A stretch of 64,000 nt of DNA from Lytechinus pictus. Its lineage: Eukaryota. Below, one piece after another: positions 12,535-24,500 of this stretch. Each line of letters opens with the position of its first letter. Positions within the stretch are counted from its first letter, which is position 1. The notes below the pieces were generated by a model. The model was given only the letters and a program-made list of their open reading frames with translations, had not been told where the DNA came from and made no database searches. The stretch is taken from contig NC_087246.1 in the NCBI RefSeq assembly GCF_037042905.1, positions 558,001 to 622,000 of the forward strand, written 5' to 3'. The translations under genes and the position numbers were made by a program.

Positions 12535-15500
12535 GATGTGAGACATGGAACAATTTATTAAAGGAATTAGATAACATAATAGATTGAATTATATATAATT
12601 ACATTCTTAGGACCAAATTGACATACCATAAGGCAATCAAAATATATTACAAACCATCAAACTAGAGTCATTTAAACATTGGTATCATATCATTAAACAA
12701 AGAATTAACAAAACACAGTATGCCACTATCAATTCTTGTATCATTCTGAGACAATACTTACATCATCTAGGCCTTCTAACCCCTTCTTCTTTTTCCGTTT
12801 GTTGCTCAAAATATCCTGGAAAAAAAAAAAAAAAAAAAATTAGTTATTCAAAAAACAATTTCTGAAAAATAATAAAATAGTGATGATGAAATATAAATTA
12901 ACCTGGAAACATATATCTTCATTATTCATCTGTAATAACAAGAATTTCAAATTATAATAATAGTCCAACAGACCAACAACATTTGTTCATTTGATGGTTA
13001 TGACTGAAGAACATCTGAGAATTTTACTACTTTTACACTAATGAATACCTAAATGCAAACAGTTTTAACAATAATAGATTATTTTGAGGCAATCAGAAGA
13101 TTACACTTCTTTCTTACATTTGTATCCGAGGTTTTCTTGCCATCTTTGCTTTCTTGTTCCTCCTTGGCTTTCTGCTTCTTCTGATATGCCGAGCTCTTCT
13201 CTGAATATTTGCTCCAAGGACGAGCAAGGTTGGCATCTCCTAGATTTTTTGCAAGTTCAACCTTTTTCAGGATGAAACAATATTTCATTTAATAAAAGTA
13301 AATTCAAATCTGGAATATAGCATACTGGTACTTGGAAAAAGAAAATCATTTGGGAAAATGGAAAATGTTTGTTTTTGTTTTGTTTGATATTGACTGTATA
13401 CTTCATAATATTGCATCAAAGTTAAAAGTTGATTTCCACACTTCCATAAAAATAACTTAAAATCATAGCAAATATAATGAATATACAAAGGACAAATATA
13501 GAGAATACAAAATACATTATTAAAATTTGTCGGGTCAAAAGAAGTTTTAAAATTCCTGTAGTATTCTTATCTAATGTATCTAGATTATAGTTTAGTACCT
13601 AAGAACCTTTACAGACGTCAATTTTGTCCAACAGATATTTACAATCCCAGTACATCCTTTTCATAATATTTAGTGATTTATGATTTCTTATATCAGAAGA
13701 GGAGCTCCATATAAATGAATCCTGATAGATTATATTTTTTAATCAAAATTTACAGTACATGGTAAATGAAAATAATCAAAATGACAATTTTTTAATATGA
13801 AATCCTGATCGTCACCTGAATTCTTGATGAATCAAGGAAAGACTTATTAAAGAAGTCTACAGCATTCTGAGCTTCTACTTCAGTCTTGAATCCGATGAAA
13901 GCAAACTTTCGGAAGACGCCACCTTTAGTGAACTTAAGCTGTATGTCTGTCACATCACCTTTACTTGAAAATGTGTTTCTTAGTTTATCTTCCTTTATCT
14001 GTGATGGAGAAAATAAAGAAAGTGTGTCTGACAATACATGGAGAGATACATTTTTGGTTGTAGCTTACTTCTGTAGCTCAGCCAAAGCAGAAAACATTTT
14101 TATAGCAGTTCATGTGTCAGGAGGTCACTAATAAAAAAGGGTGGAGCTTTTACACATGATTTATTCATAGAGTTTTTGCTAATTATTTTAAAAATCAAGG
14201 AGACTACATGTATTCCAATGAATTTGGTATCAATTTAAAGCTGAATTGATAAACTAATGATGTTGAAAGTTTAATGGCTGAAGGGTCTATAGAGCTTGAT
14301 TTGCATGCCCTAAAAGATGGAGCAACCAAGGGTGGTTAATAGGGATTCTCAGTATTTTATGCTATTTGGGGTAAAATGTTCATATTTTTGTCAAAACCTA
14401 ACCCCCAAATACATGTACGATTTTGGTATGAAATTTAAGCTAATACATTGTTCTTTACTAGATAATAATTGAAAATTAAGTTTTGCAATGACATTGACAA
14501 GTTAAAATGACATACAAGGTTAAACAATTTAAAAAATATATATATTGCAATTTCCTTACTTTTCACACTTCTGCTATATGACACATATTTTCTTTAGTTA
14601 TTCTCTATTTCAATGTAACTAGTGTCAAAACATATGAAATTTGATTTCTATAGTTCTGTAAGGATTAAAATATACTTGGTTTAGCACAAGTCTTAACCCT
14701 AACCAGACCAGGGTCTATAGTGTGTTCTATTATTTAACGAATAATAAAATTAGAAACTTAATTATAAATAATCATTATTACAATAATAATTATTAATAAT
14801 CAAATTTCACATTTCATTATTAGTTAAATAATATTTTTTATTATTTAAATTATTATTTCACAAATACTAAAATTTAATCCGTGATTATAAATAACTAGTA
14901 TAATACTACTAATTATTTATAATCACGTATCAAATTTTAGTATTTGTGAAATAATAATTTTTATTTATAAATTGTTCTTCAAAACGGCATTGCTACTCGG
15001 ATGTACGTCATAACAAAGCGGTTCAAGGGTCTATGGAGATCGTGGCTGGATCGTGGGCGCACGCATGGTACGTTAGGTCGTGACCTCAATAGTGCCGCGA
15101 CGGACCATGCGTGCGACCACGCGATAAGTATAAAAGCCCCGATCTCCGAGTGATTGTAGTTAGAGTTTCCAAGTTAGTTTCCCAGTTTATAAAGTTCAGT
15201 CAGTCAGTTTCAGAGTACAGAGTTTATCTTGTGAGAATACACGTCGAGTCAAAGGACATCTATTGGTAGCCATCGCCCGCATCGCGTATCGGTCATCATC
15301 AGCAGCTTCGTCATGGATACTTCGAGGACATTACCAGGCTCGGATCCTAAGAAGGACTGAACGACGGGTCAAGGTAAACCCTCGTATCTATGTCTATACC
15401 TAAGGCGGGCCAAAGGTTACTACATTGGCGCTACGTCTAAATTCGAACCTGCGCTGATTAAATAATTTTATAACAGTAATTCAGCGCTTAAATTAGCTTT

Positions 15501-18500
15501 CCTAAACATAGATTTAAGTATATATCACTTCCAAAAAAGGAAAGGAAAAGGAAGGAAATATCGTAGGTTTATAAGATGATTGTAGTTTACACATATAGGT
15601 CATTTTGAGTGGGACCCGCCGCCACCGTAACGATAAGCTTTTTACACAACAACTATGCCAAAAAGACTAGTGTTTTAGGGTTTTAATTTGCCGTTTTGTG
15701 CACCGTTTTACCCTTACACAGTTCTCTTAATAGATATCTGGGTGTGTCGGGACGCCACGTTAGGCACGCGGAGTTTAACAATCCAAGCATATTTTCTTTT
15801 GTCCGTCGCTCCCCGCGTCTATTGTTCGTTAGTTGGGAGTGCATGCCTTGCCTGATTGTTGCTTGTGGCTAATTGCGGTAGATAAATCTACCCACCCCTA
15901 TTATCCATGACCTTTATCTTAAATAGTTGCGGTTTGATTAAAATAATAGTTAGGATTTAATTGAATTAATCTTTAGAACTGTAATAAATAAATCAATAGC
16001 TAACTTTTGCTGTTGGTGATTTTTGTGATTCTTGGTGAAAGATTAATTGCGTTTACCTTGCCTGTATTTTCTCTTAAACTGGCTGGCGATATAGGGCTTT
16101 ATTGCCAGCTGATTATATCTTGACGGATAATAAATTCAAGCGGATTTTCCACACAGTTAATTGCTGTCTTTAACTCTTACGATTGGAAATTAGTTCACGG
16201 GCAAAAGCGAGTTTGTATTGTACATTTGATATTTGTTTTTGGCGCCGTATACTGTTGCCAATCTGAAGAGTAGGGAGAGGGATATCTCTGATTTTTATTA
16301 TATTGTGAAGGATTTGTTTTTGCGCTATATGGCTACCAAAAATTTAATAAATATTGCCGTGCAAAGACTTAAATTTTGTAATATAGTTGGTCTTTTACAC
16401 ATCTTTATTCCCATCCCGTACGTGTTACTTTTCAGATTTGAGTAACTCATTCGCCTTGAATAAATGAATTTGTTATAGTTTGAAAAGTGTGTTGACTAAA
16501 AGCGGTGTTGCCCTCTTGCAAATAAGACGGGTTTCTCGCGCTGGATAATTTCTTAAATTATTTTGTTGTGATTCCAAAAAAGAAAGGAATTATTTGGCAA
16601 ACCCTGTTATAACTGCGTCGTTGTTTATTTTACAGATTTAAAAGACGGAGTTTCTTGGAATCTAATTTTAACACCCGCGATCATATACTTTGTCATCAGC
16701 AATCAATTGTGGTATCGTTTTTAGTTAAGTCCATTATCACAGGCTTAACATTAAATCACAATTATATCGGATACATGTTCGCGCGTTTATTTTTCTGGGA
16801 ATTATATAGCTTGTCAGGAGTTTGTATTTTTTCATATATTCAGGCACTCATAGTTCTCATATACACGCGCCCCTCTACCATTTTATTTAGAAAAAAAAAG
16901 GAAAAGGAGAGTGGAGTGAGTCAGAATTATTTATTATCTCGAAAGGTTCATCGACTTGTTCTAATTTAGATTGTGCATTTGCCCCTGATTGTAAGGTTGG
17001 GCTTTTCACTCTAGTTGGACTTGTTTAATTCGCAGACTCTCAACCAAAGATATTAAACCTTCCCCTAATTAAAATTATTAAGCATAGTTTTAGTAAATGA
17101 TTTTGGTTAGGGATTTGTTTAATACTTAATATTGCTTTACTGTTTAAACTTGTTCGTGAAGTCAATTTCGTACTTGCCTCTCTACATTTTTGATAGCTGT
17201 GGGCTCCGCTCATTAGCAAGTTTGAAGTATAGTAATAGCAATCTTATAGCTATAACTGAGTAATGACAAGTTGGATTTTGGAGTTTGTCCACTGAATTAT
17301 TAGGGCGTAATAGCGCATTTAGTATTTAATTTTCAGTTTGGACTTAGCTTAATTTCCACTATAGTCAATTCCTGCGGTGACACTTAAAATGCACCCGCTT
17401 GTTTCAATAATAATGTATTTTGAAGCTTAATTAGCTTAGGCGGTGACACTTGATATTGTAATACACATTTTTCCATTGTTTTATGGATAATTGCCTTATA
17501 GAATTTTACAGAGTCTAATAAGTGTTAAGAATTATCTACTTTTTTATTGGGATCACAAATTGGTTCCATAGCTCTCACTCCCTCACTCCCATTGATATTT
17601 AAACTTGGGTATTTTTATCGAAGTTAACCAAGTAATTATAGAAATTATCAGGATTATACTTGTTTTGTATTTTGAATTTCAGGATCCTTTTTGTAAATAA
17701 ATTCTGAAAAGTGATATACGACAAATTGACAAGTGTTATTGTTACACTGCTTAGGAATTTCGGCAGCAATAAAAGTGTAATCATTTGTTCGATAAAAATA
17801 TTCATTGCTTATACAGTTATACAGTCAAGTAGACTGAGTGTTCAATACTTTATGATTATTTGGCGAGAAGACGCCTGAAACGAAGCCAATTGGGCTCCTT
17901 GATTTTGATTTAGCTCATTTATTTGTTGCTCATTGTCTATTTATTTCTGTATAACTTGTAGATATTACAATTTGTGCAATTTGCAAGAACGAACAGGCAT
18001 TCAAGATATTATAGTGCAAAAATCTGTGCATGAACATTAATCAATTTGTAACTTTGTATACACATTGATATTTTTGGTTGTGCACTTGTGCAAACGGGAT
18101 CCTGAGTAATTCTGCATCCCGAGTGCTAATATTACATTTTAAATATTTGTAAATATTTTCAGATTGAAATTCACAAATCATCGTATGCATGAGTACACTT
18201 AAGAGTCCAAATTGCGTGCGTTTGTCCAAATTAGATCGCCCAAAATTTACTTATCTGAGTTTCAGGTTTGTAAGCTTATTTACGCGACGCGCGTTGCATA
18301 AACTATAAGCATTTCAAGTACTAATGTTATTGTGTACTCAAATTCACAGGTTGGACATAATATTTGTAAATTTTATAAATATTACAATTTGTGACTTGTG
18401 AATTTCCTTTTGCGAATTGTATCTATTCAATACAATTCGTAAACAATTTGCGCCTTGTATTTTTCCAATTCGCAGTTTGTTCATTTGAACTCCTGGTAAC

Positions 18501-21500
18501 TTACCCTATAGTTTGTAGAGTACACTGTATAATATATCGTAGTGTAGGTATATCAGTAGTATTGTAGGTGTAATTGTAATCTGTACACATTATCTCCGAG
18601 AGACTTGAATTATCTTTTATTATTCGTGTAATCATTTTGAATGATAATTGAAATGATATGTCTGGGACACGGGACTATGAATATTATAGTTCAAGTTCCT
18701 CCAGCGATGAATCTTCCCATACAATTGACAGGTACCATCGCTAAGGGGAGTGAACGTAAAGTCTCTCGTAGATACAATAATTGTTTGGATTCCTCTGAAA
18801 GAAGGGATCCTAGGTTGATGGAAGATCGTAATCATTCCCCTCAACGTTCACGGCATTACCGCAGTGCTCGTGGCGATGCGGTAAGTCATGACGACAGGCA
18901 AGGGGAAGAAAATAATCATAGCCGAAATAGGGATTATATTGACAGATCCCATTCGCGCCGCAATCGGAGAGATCGCTCTATTTCCCCACGACACGATTAT
19001 AGGGGAAATAATTGCTATTCTAGCGAGACTCCATTGCGAGGCGAATGCGATCGTCATCGCTATGACTCATCAAGAAGCGATCATCATCATAGGTTTCCCC
19101 TCCGTCGCAGTGGTAGGTCACGTCGTGAGTCCCCATCAAAACATCGGGATCATCATTATAAATATTATGATAATCAATACAATCCTCCACTGCGGGGCCG
19201 AGGTGATTACCATGATTTTGATTACCGAAGACACGATCCGTCTCCTCCACGTCGTGGGAGACGTTACGAATCCCCACACTACTATAGGGATGATTATGAT
19301 TATTACGATCGTAACGAATCTCCACACCGACGTAGGGGCGATGTACGCGAATCCCATTCTCATAGATACCGAAATCGATCTCCATCACCTTATGAAGAAA
19401 GACGGAGAGGTGAAGGTTACAGGCGGGATCCCCCTAGGGAATCATTTTATGATTCAAGGATGCGAGGATGGGATACTCGCTCCCCTTCACCTATTCGTCG
19501 TTCTCGATCACCATATGAAGAACGGAAGGATGGCGTTTTTAGTCGGTATCCTCCTCGAGAATCATTTTATGATTCAAGTAGGTGGGATGCTCGCTCTCCT
19601 TCATCCGTTCGTTACTCAGAATGGAAGGGTAAAGACCACAGGCAGTCTTCCCCTCGAAGATCATTTCGTGATCCTCATCGGCGGAATACTCCCTCTCCTT
19701 CACCCGTCCATTCTCGAGTAAACACTGAATACCCTAGCACATCTTATTCCCGGGTACGATCGAGAGATGAAGGAATCCAAAGTTCACCCCCTCGATCCTC
19801 TTATGATCATCGAAGGCGTGAGTCTAGGTCCCCTTCATCTTCTCGTCATTCAAACAGCGATGGGTACCCAAGTGTTTCTTCATCTTCTGAAGAATGGACA
19901 CTTGAAGATTATAAACGGCTAACCCCGCAATCATTCCATGAGCGTTCGAGGGATACTCGTTCATCTTCATCTGTCCATCTTCAAGATATGAATGATGGAT
20001 ACCGGAGTGATAGTTGCAGATTAGTGGCATCTTCTCCAACCTATGAAAATTGTAAAACCACAAACAATATGCCCTCTGCCGCTAATACTTTCTCACTCGA
20101 GCATATCAGGGTTACCCCAGATTCAGTAGAATATAAGGGACCTAGCGGGGAAAACTTTCCCCCTCCCTTTGAGGCTCCTACCGAAGCTACTGAGGAATCT
20201 AAAGTAGAAGTTACTGCTCATTCTCTTAAACATAGGTCCATTGAACAATGAATTCATGTTTTGGAAGACAAGATGGACTTCGTGCTTAATCGCCTACAAA
20301 TCATTAATGCACTGGAGTCCTCTGTCGAAGACCTAGCCACTCAGATTTCCAAACTTGAGCAACTAACAAGAACTTCACAAGAATCAAGGGGTTCCCCTGA
20401 AAATACTCCTGAGGCCACAAAGTATCAGACCTCTCTCAGCCACCCTAACTCCTCCACAGTCTTGATAAAATCCTCAGAGGAGAGTATTTCATATAAGGGG
20501 TGTAAGAGGCTTGATCCTTTTGAACTCAGTGACCTACATGCTGATAAAGTATCCATTGAAACTGAAGAATATCAGGGAAACGATCTGGGATCGGAGGAAT
20601 GGGTCCGACCCCGATCCCAATATGTAAGGACCAACACCCACTCTCTCCCCCTGTTTCAAGTTCACACCACATAAGATCTGTCCGAAATAATAATTCTTCC
20701 TGTTCAGGTAGAAGCTTTGATCTATCATTATTTCCATCGGTTGATTGTGATGAGTTGAAACAGTTGGGCCAGCAGACGACTAGGGATGCACTGGGCAAGC
20801 AAAGCAATCCCCCATCTCACGAGGAAGGGACTCCTCTGCATGTCCATCTATTCTCCTATGGAGATACTCCATCATTAATGTGCACCCCTTGGCTGCTTCC
20901 TCCTTGGCCTCCACCTTTAAAAACAAAGAAAAGGAGATGAGAGGGAGAGGGTGAAGTAGAGTAAAGTAGACAGGGATTTTATTGCAATATTACATAATTA
21001 TTGTATTATTACAATCATTATATTGCCAGTTATTTTTGTATTAGTGCTCAAAGTTATATGAATTACATCATTTATATATTTGAAGTCTGTTAAATTCTGG
21101 CACATACATATTTCATAAAACTTCCCTCTTGCCACAAATTCCAGAATACAGTTTGAGGGAAAGGTTCTTCTGATTAGAATATAAATTTATGCTACAGATT
21201 CATGACTCTATAATTAATGTAATTCATGGTAAACATTTCAAGATTCTTATATACACAGATACCTTTTTGTAATTAATATAATTCATAGGAAATATTTGAA
21301 ATGTTGCAATGAGATCCCTAACTCACTTTATAAGAAACGTGCAGTAATATGCTGATTTTGTAAACAAGGACTTGCCGTTTGTTGTGGCAACAATATTGTC
21401 AGCAATGTAATCTGTATACATGGGATTGGACTTTATTTTTATGTAATATACAATATGCACATTCATCTTTTAATCAAACAGTCATACTTTGACCTTCAAT

Positions 21501-24500
21501 ACAGTCAAGGAAAATTGTTTAAACGATATTATGAACGATGTGCAGGTACCAGAAGTAGACTGTCCCACGTACCTCTTTTAAAGAATTAAACTATTAAAGA
21601 ATACTGGAGCTAAAAGTCTGCTGACAATATAAACATTCTAATCATAAACCATGTTGCGAAATCCAGTCTGACAGCACGTTTGATTCCAAGAGGTTTTGGG
21701 TCGTCTGCTCAAGTGCATCCTCTACTGGTTTCGATCTTTTTAATACAAACCTGCTTGAGAAGAGAACAAGAAAACAGGTTTGATTTGCTGAATATGCATG
21801 TATATAAAAAGGTCCTTTCTCTGTTTTTACTATTGTCCTTTTTTGCGTAGGTTTACCCTACGAGGTTCACTATTTACGTCATATTGCCATTCTGGGTATT
21901 CCCAAACATATATTGCGATAAGTTGGAATCGTATTGGAGAGGTTTACATGAAATCATGTTAATCTGACCTATTTAAATAAAAACCTTCTAAACAAATATC
22001 AATATGACAGAATTAGAATAGACCCCAAACAGTGACTTTTGGAAAATATAATTTTCATTTATATGACCGTTGTTGAACCTCATTGGGTAATCCCAAGGTA
22101 ACATTGTAGGCTTTCCTATACTGTCCATCTGCAACTATTATCCACACGATTATGAATGCCCTCCGGTGAGATTATGGAATATATACTTGTACTAGGGCAT
22201 ATATATATATATATATATACTTTACTCATATACTGACAGATACCTAATATGTTTTCGTCAGTCAATAGTTTATTCAGGTGGACACATTATTTACATGCCA
22301 AATGGAGTAGAGGTTTTAATGGATGACACCGTGTTTAGTAATGTCATATTTTATACCTTTTTAAATTAAATTTGATGTGTGTTTTGTTGATCGGGGATCT
22401 TTATTGGCATCATTGATTTGTAACAGGCCAAAACAAAGGTGATGTTTAATTCCCCTTTTAATCTTTTAATCTCCCCTTGGTTTTTTATGGTTGGGAGGAA
22501 TATGGAGATCGTGGCTGGATCGTGGGCGCACGCATGGTACGTTAGGTCGTGACCTCAATAGTGCCGCGACGGACCATGCGTGCGACCACGCGATAAGTAT
22601 AAAAGCCCCGATCTCCGTGTGATTGTAGTTAGAGTTTCCAAGTTAGTTTCCCAGTTTATAAAGTTCAGTCAGTCAGTTTCAGAGTACAGAGTTTATCTTG
22701 TGAGAATACACGTCGAGTCAAAGGACATCTAGTGGTAGCCATCGCCCGCATCGCGTATCGGTCATCATCAGCAGCTTCGTCATGGATACTTCGAGGACAT
22801 TACCAGGCTCGGATCCTAAGAAGGACTGAACGACGGGTCAAGGTAAACCCTCGTATCTATGTCTATACCTAAGGCGGGCCAAAGGTTACTACAGGTCATC
22901 CCTATTGTATTTGCTTTGTTGACAAACGGATCGAGGGATCTACACGAGATCGGTCTTGTAAGAAACGTCTCATTTTTACCATTTATAGTGAAATAATTTT
23001 TATCCCTTTATATGCATTAGGCGCATGAAGGTTCATAGATAAGTAAAATTCACCCCTACAAACCGATTTCACCCTTTAACTATGGATTTCCTGGGGAAAT
23101 CCATCCGGGTGTGTAAGTCTCGCTTATGCATCTATGGATAGAGTGTCAAGGCTCCATGATGAAGAAGTATATGTCAAAATATAAAAAATAAAAAAACATC
23201 ATCATGGAGTCCTCTACCTCGGGCAAAGTTCGTGCAGGCTCCACTCCACTTCACTACCGCTACACTACGCTCCACCTACCCGAACTTCGGGACATTGAAC
23301 TCGATCGGATATACCGAGTGACAAAGGTGGGATCAAACAGGGGTTTATTGTAAAAATCAAAGAAAAAAAATATAACGAGAAAGAAAAATAGCTTAATTTC
23401 TTACTCTTCACCTGTATTTCACTCCGTGTCCATCCTCCGGTTATCCTCAATATTGGTGATTTAGGGCCAGTATCTAATTCCAAGAAAAATATTCCAAGAA
23501 TCAGTGGAATATTTTCCCAAACTCTTAGAATATTTCTGGTATTTTCTGAGCCATCCAATATAATATAAATATTTATGCTGTTTGACCTGCGACTGATCGC
23601 ATGCGATGTTTTGAAATCGGCCGTGAATAATACGTGTGAGGAATTAGTGTAGTGGTAGTGAAGTGGAGCCTGCACGAACTTCGCCCGAGGTAGGAGTAGG
23701 GTGTCTGGACGTTTTTCAGAAATCACCTATTTTGTGAATTTAATCACTGTCACGTAGCAGAAAGTGAAGAGAATATCTGAAATAATATGTAAATCAAGTT
23801 TCATAACTCACAAGCATTTAAATCCAGAGATTTTTGCTGCTAAAGTTTGGCAAATTTTCAGCTTAAAACGTAAGCGATATCACACCGATAGTGGCACATT
23901 CTGCTTGACCGAAAACACACACAGAGCTGCTATACGCCGCATTGAAGGGGCGGAGTTGAAAGGGCGCGCGATACATTCATTACCGCTTTCGTTGTCAAGT
24001 TTGCCTTTCAAATACGCAACTTATCAACTGCTAATGAATAATGCGTTCGTAGACTGACACGTCTGGGTCACTGCTCTAGTTGAAAGGTCACAGATACGTC
24101 ACAATAGAGATTACTAGTACTTCGCAAAGCGAAAGAGGGGAGATCAGTGGTTGCATCACCATAATGGCAATGCATAATCATCGGACTTGCAATTAAGTAC
24201 ATGTAGTATGTGTACACAATAATGGTGTGTGGATGTATGTGATTTACGTGCACCGTGCCGTACCGCGATATATTATGCATTGCCATTGCTTTTGTGTACT
24301 ACCAGGGATTCCCTGATTCAGTGATTGTGTGTGCGACGGCAACCCACGTGCAGCATGGAGTGATGAGTCATTAATATGACGTACCAGAATGACATTGCAA
24401 TACGTCATAATAATATTTTATTTCTTACCACACGCCAGATCAATTTCCTCATCTCAATTTAAGGTCTATACTTGACTTAATAAAATGTTTGAAAGGGGAA

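Larger units (their letters stand above)
15032..22893 (+). mobile_element. Non-autonomous LTR retrotransposon (Gypsy-like, LARD-type), 7862 bp
   Basis: 393-bp LTRs at 15032-15424 and 22501-22893 (2 mismatches seen); 4-bp TSD ggtc; PBS-like TGGCGCTACG after the 5' LTR; PPT-like ggttgggaggaa before the 3' LTR; no RT/IN ORF. Confidence 0.92.

Noticed and set aside
18888..19721. 277-aa Ile-rich alternative-frame ORF and antisense ORFs
   Set aside because: Shadows of the low-complexity RS-rich frame.
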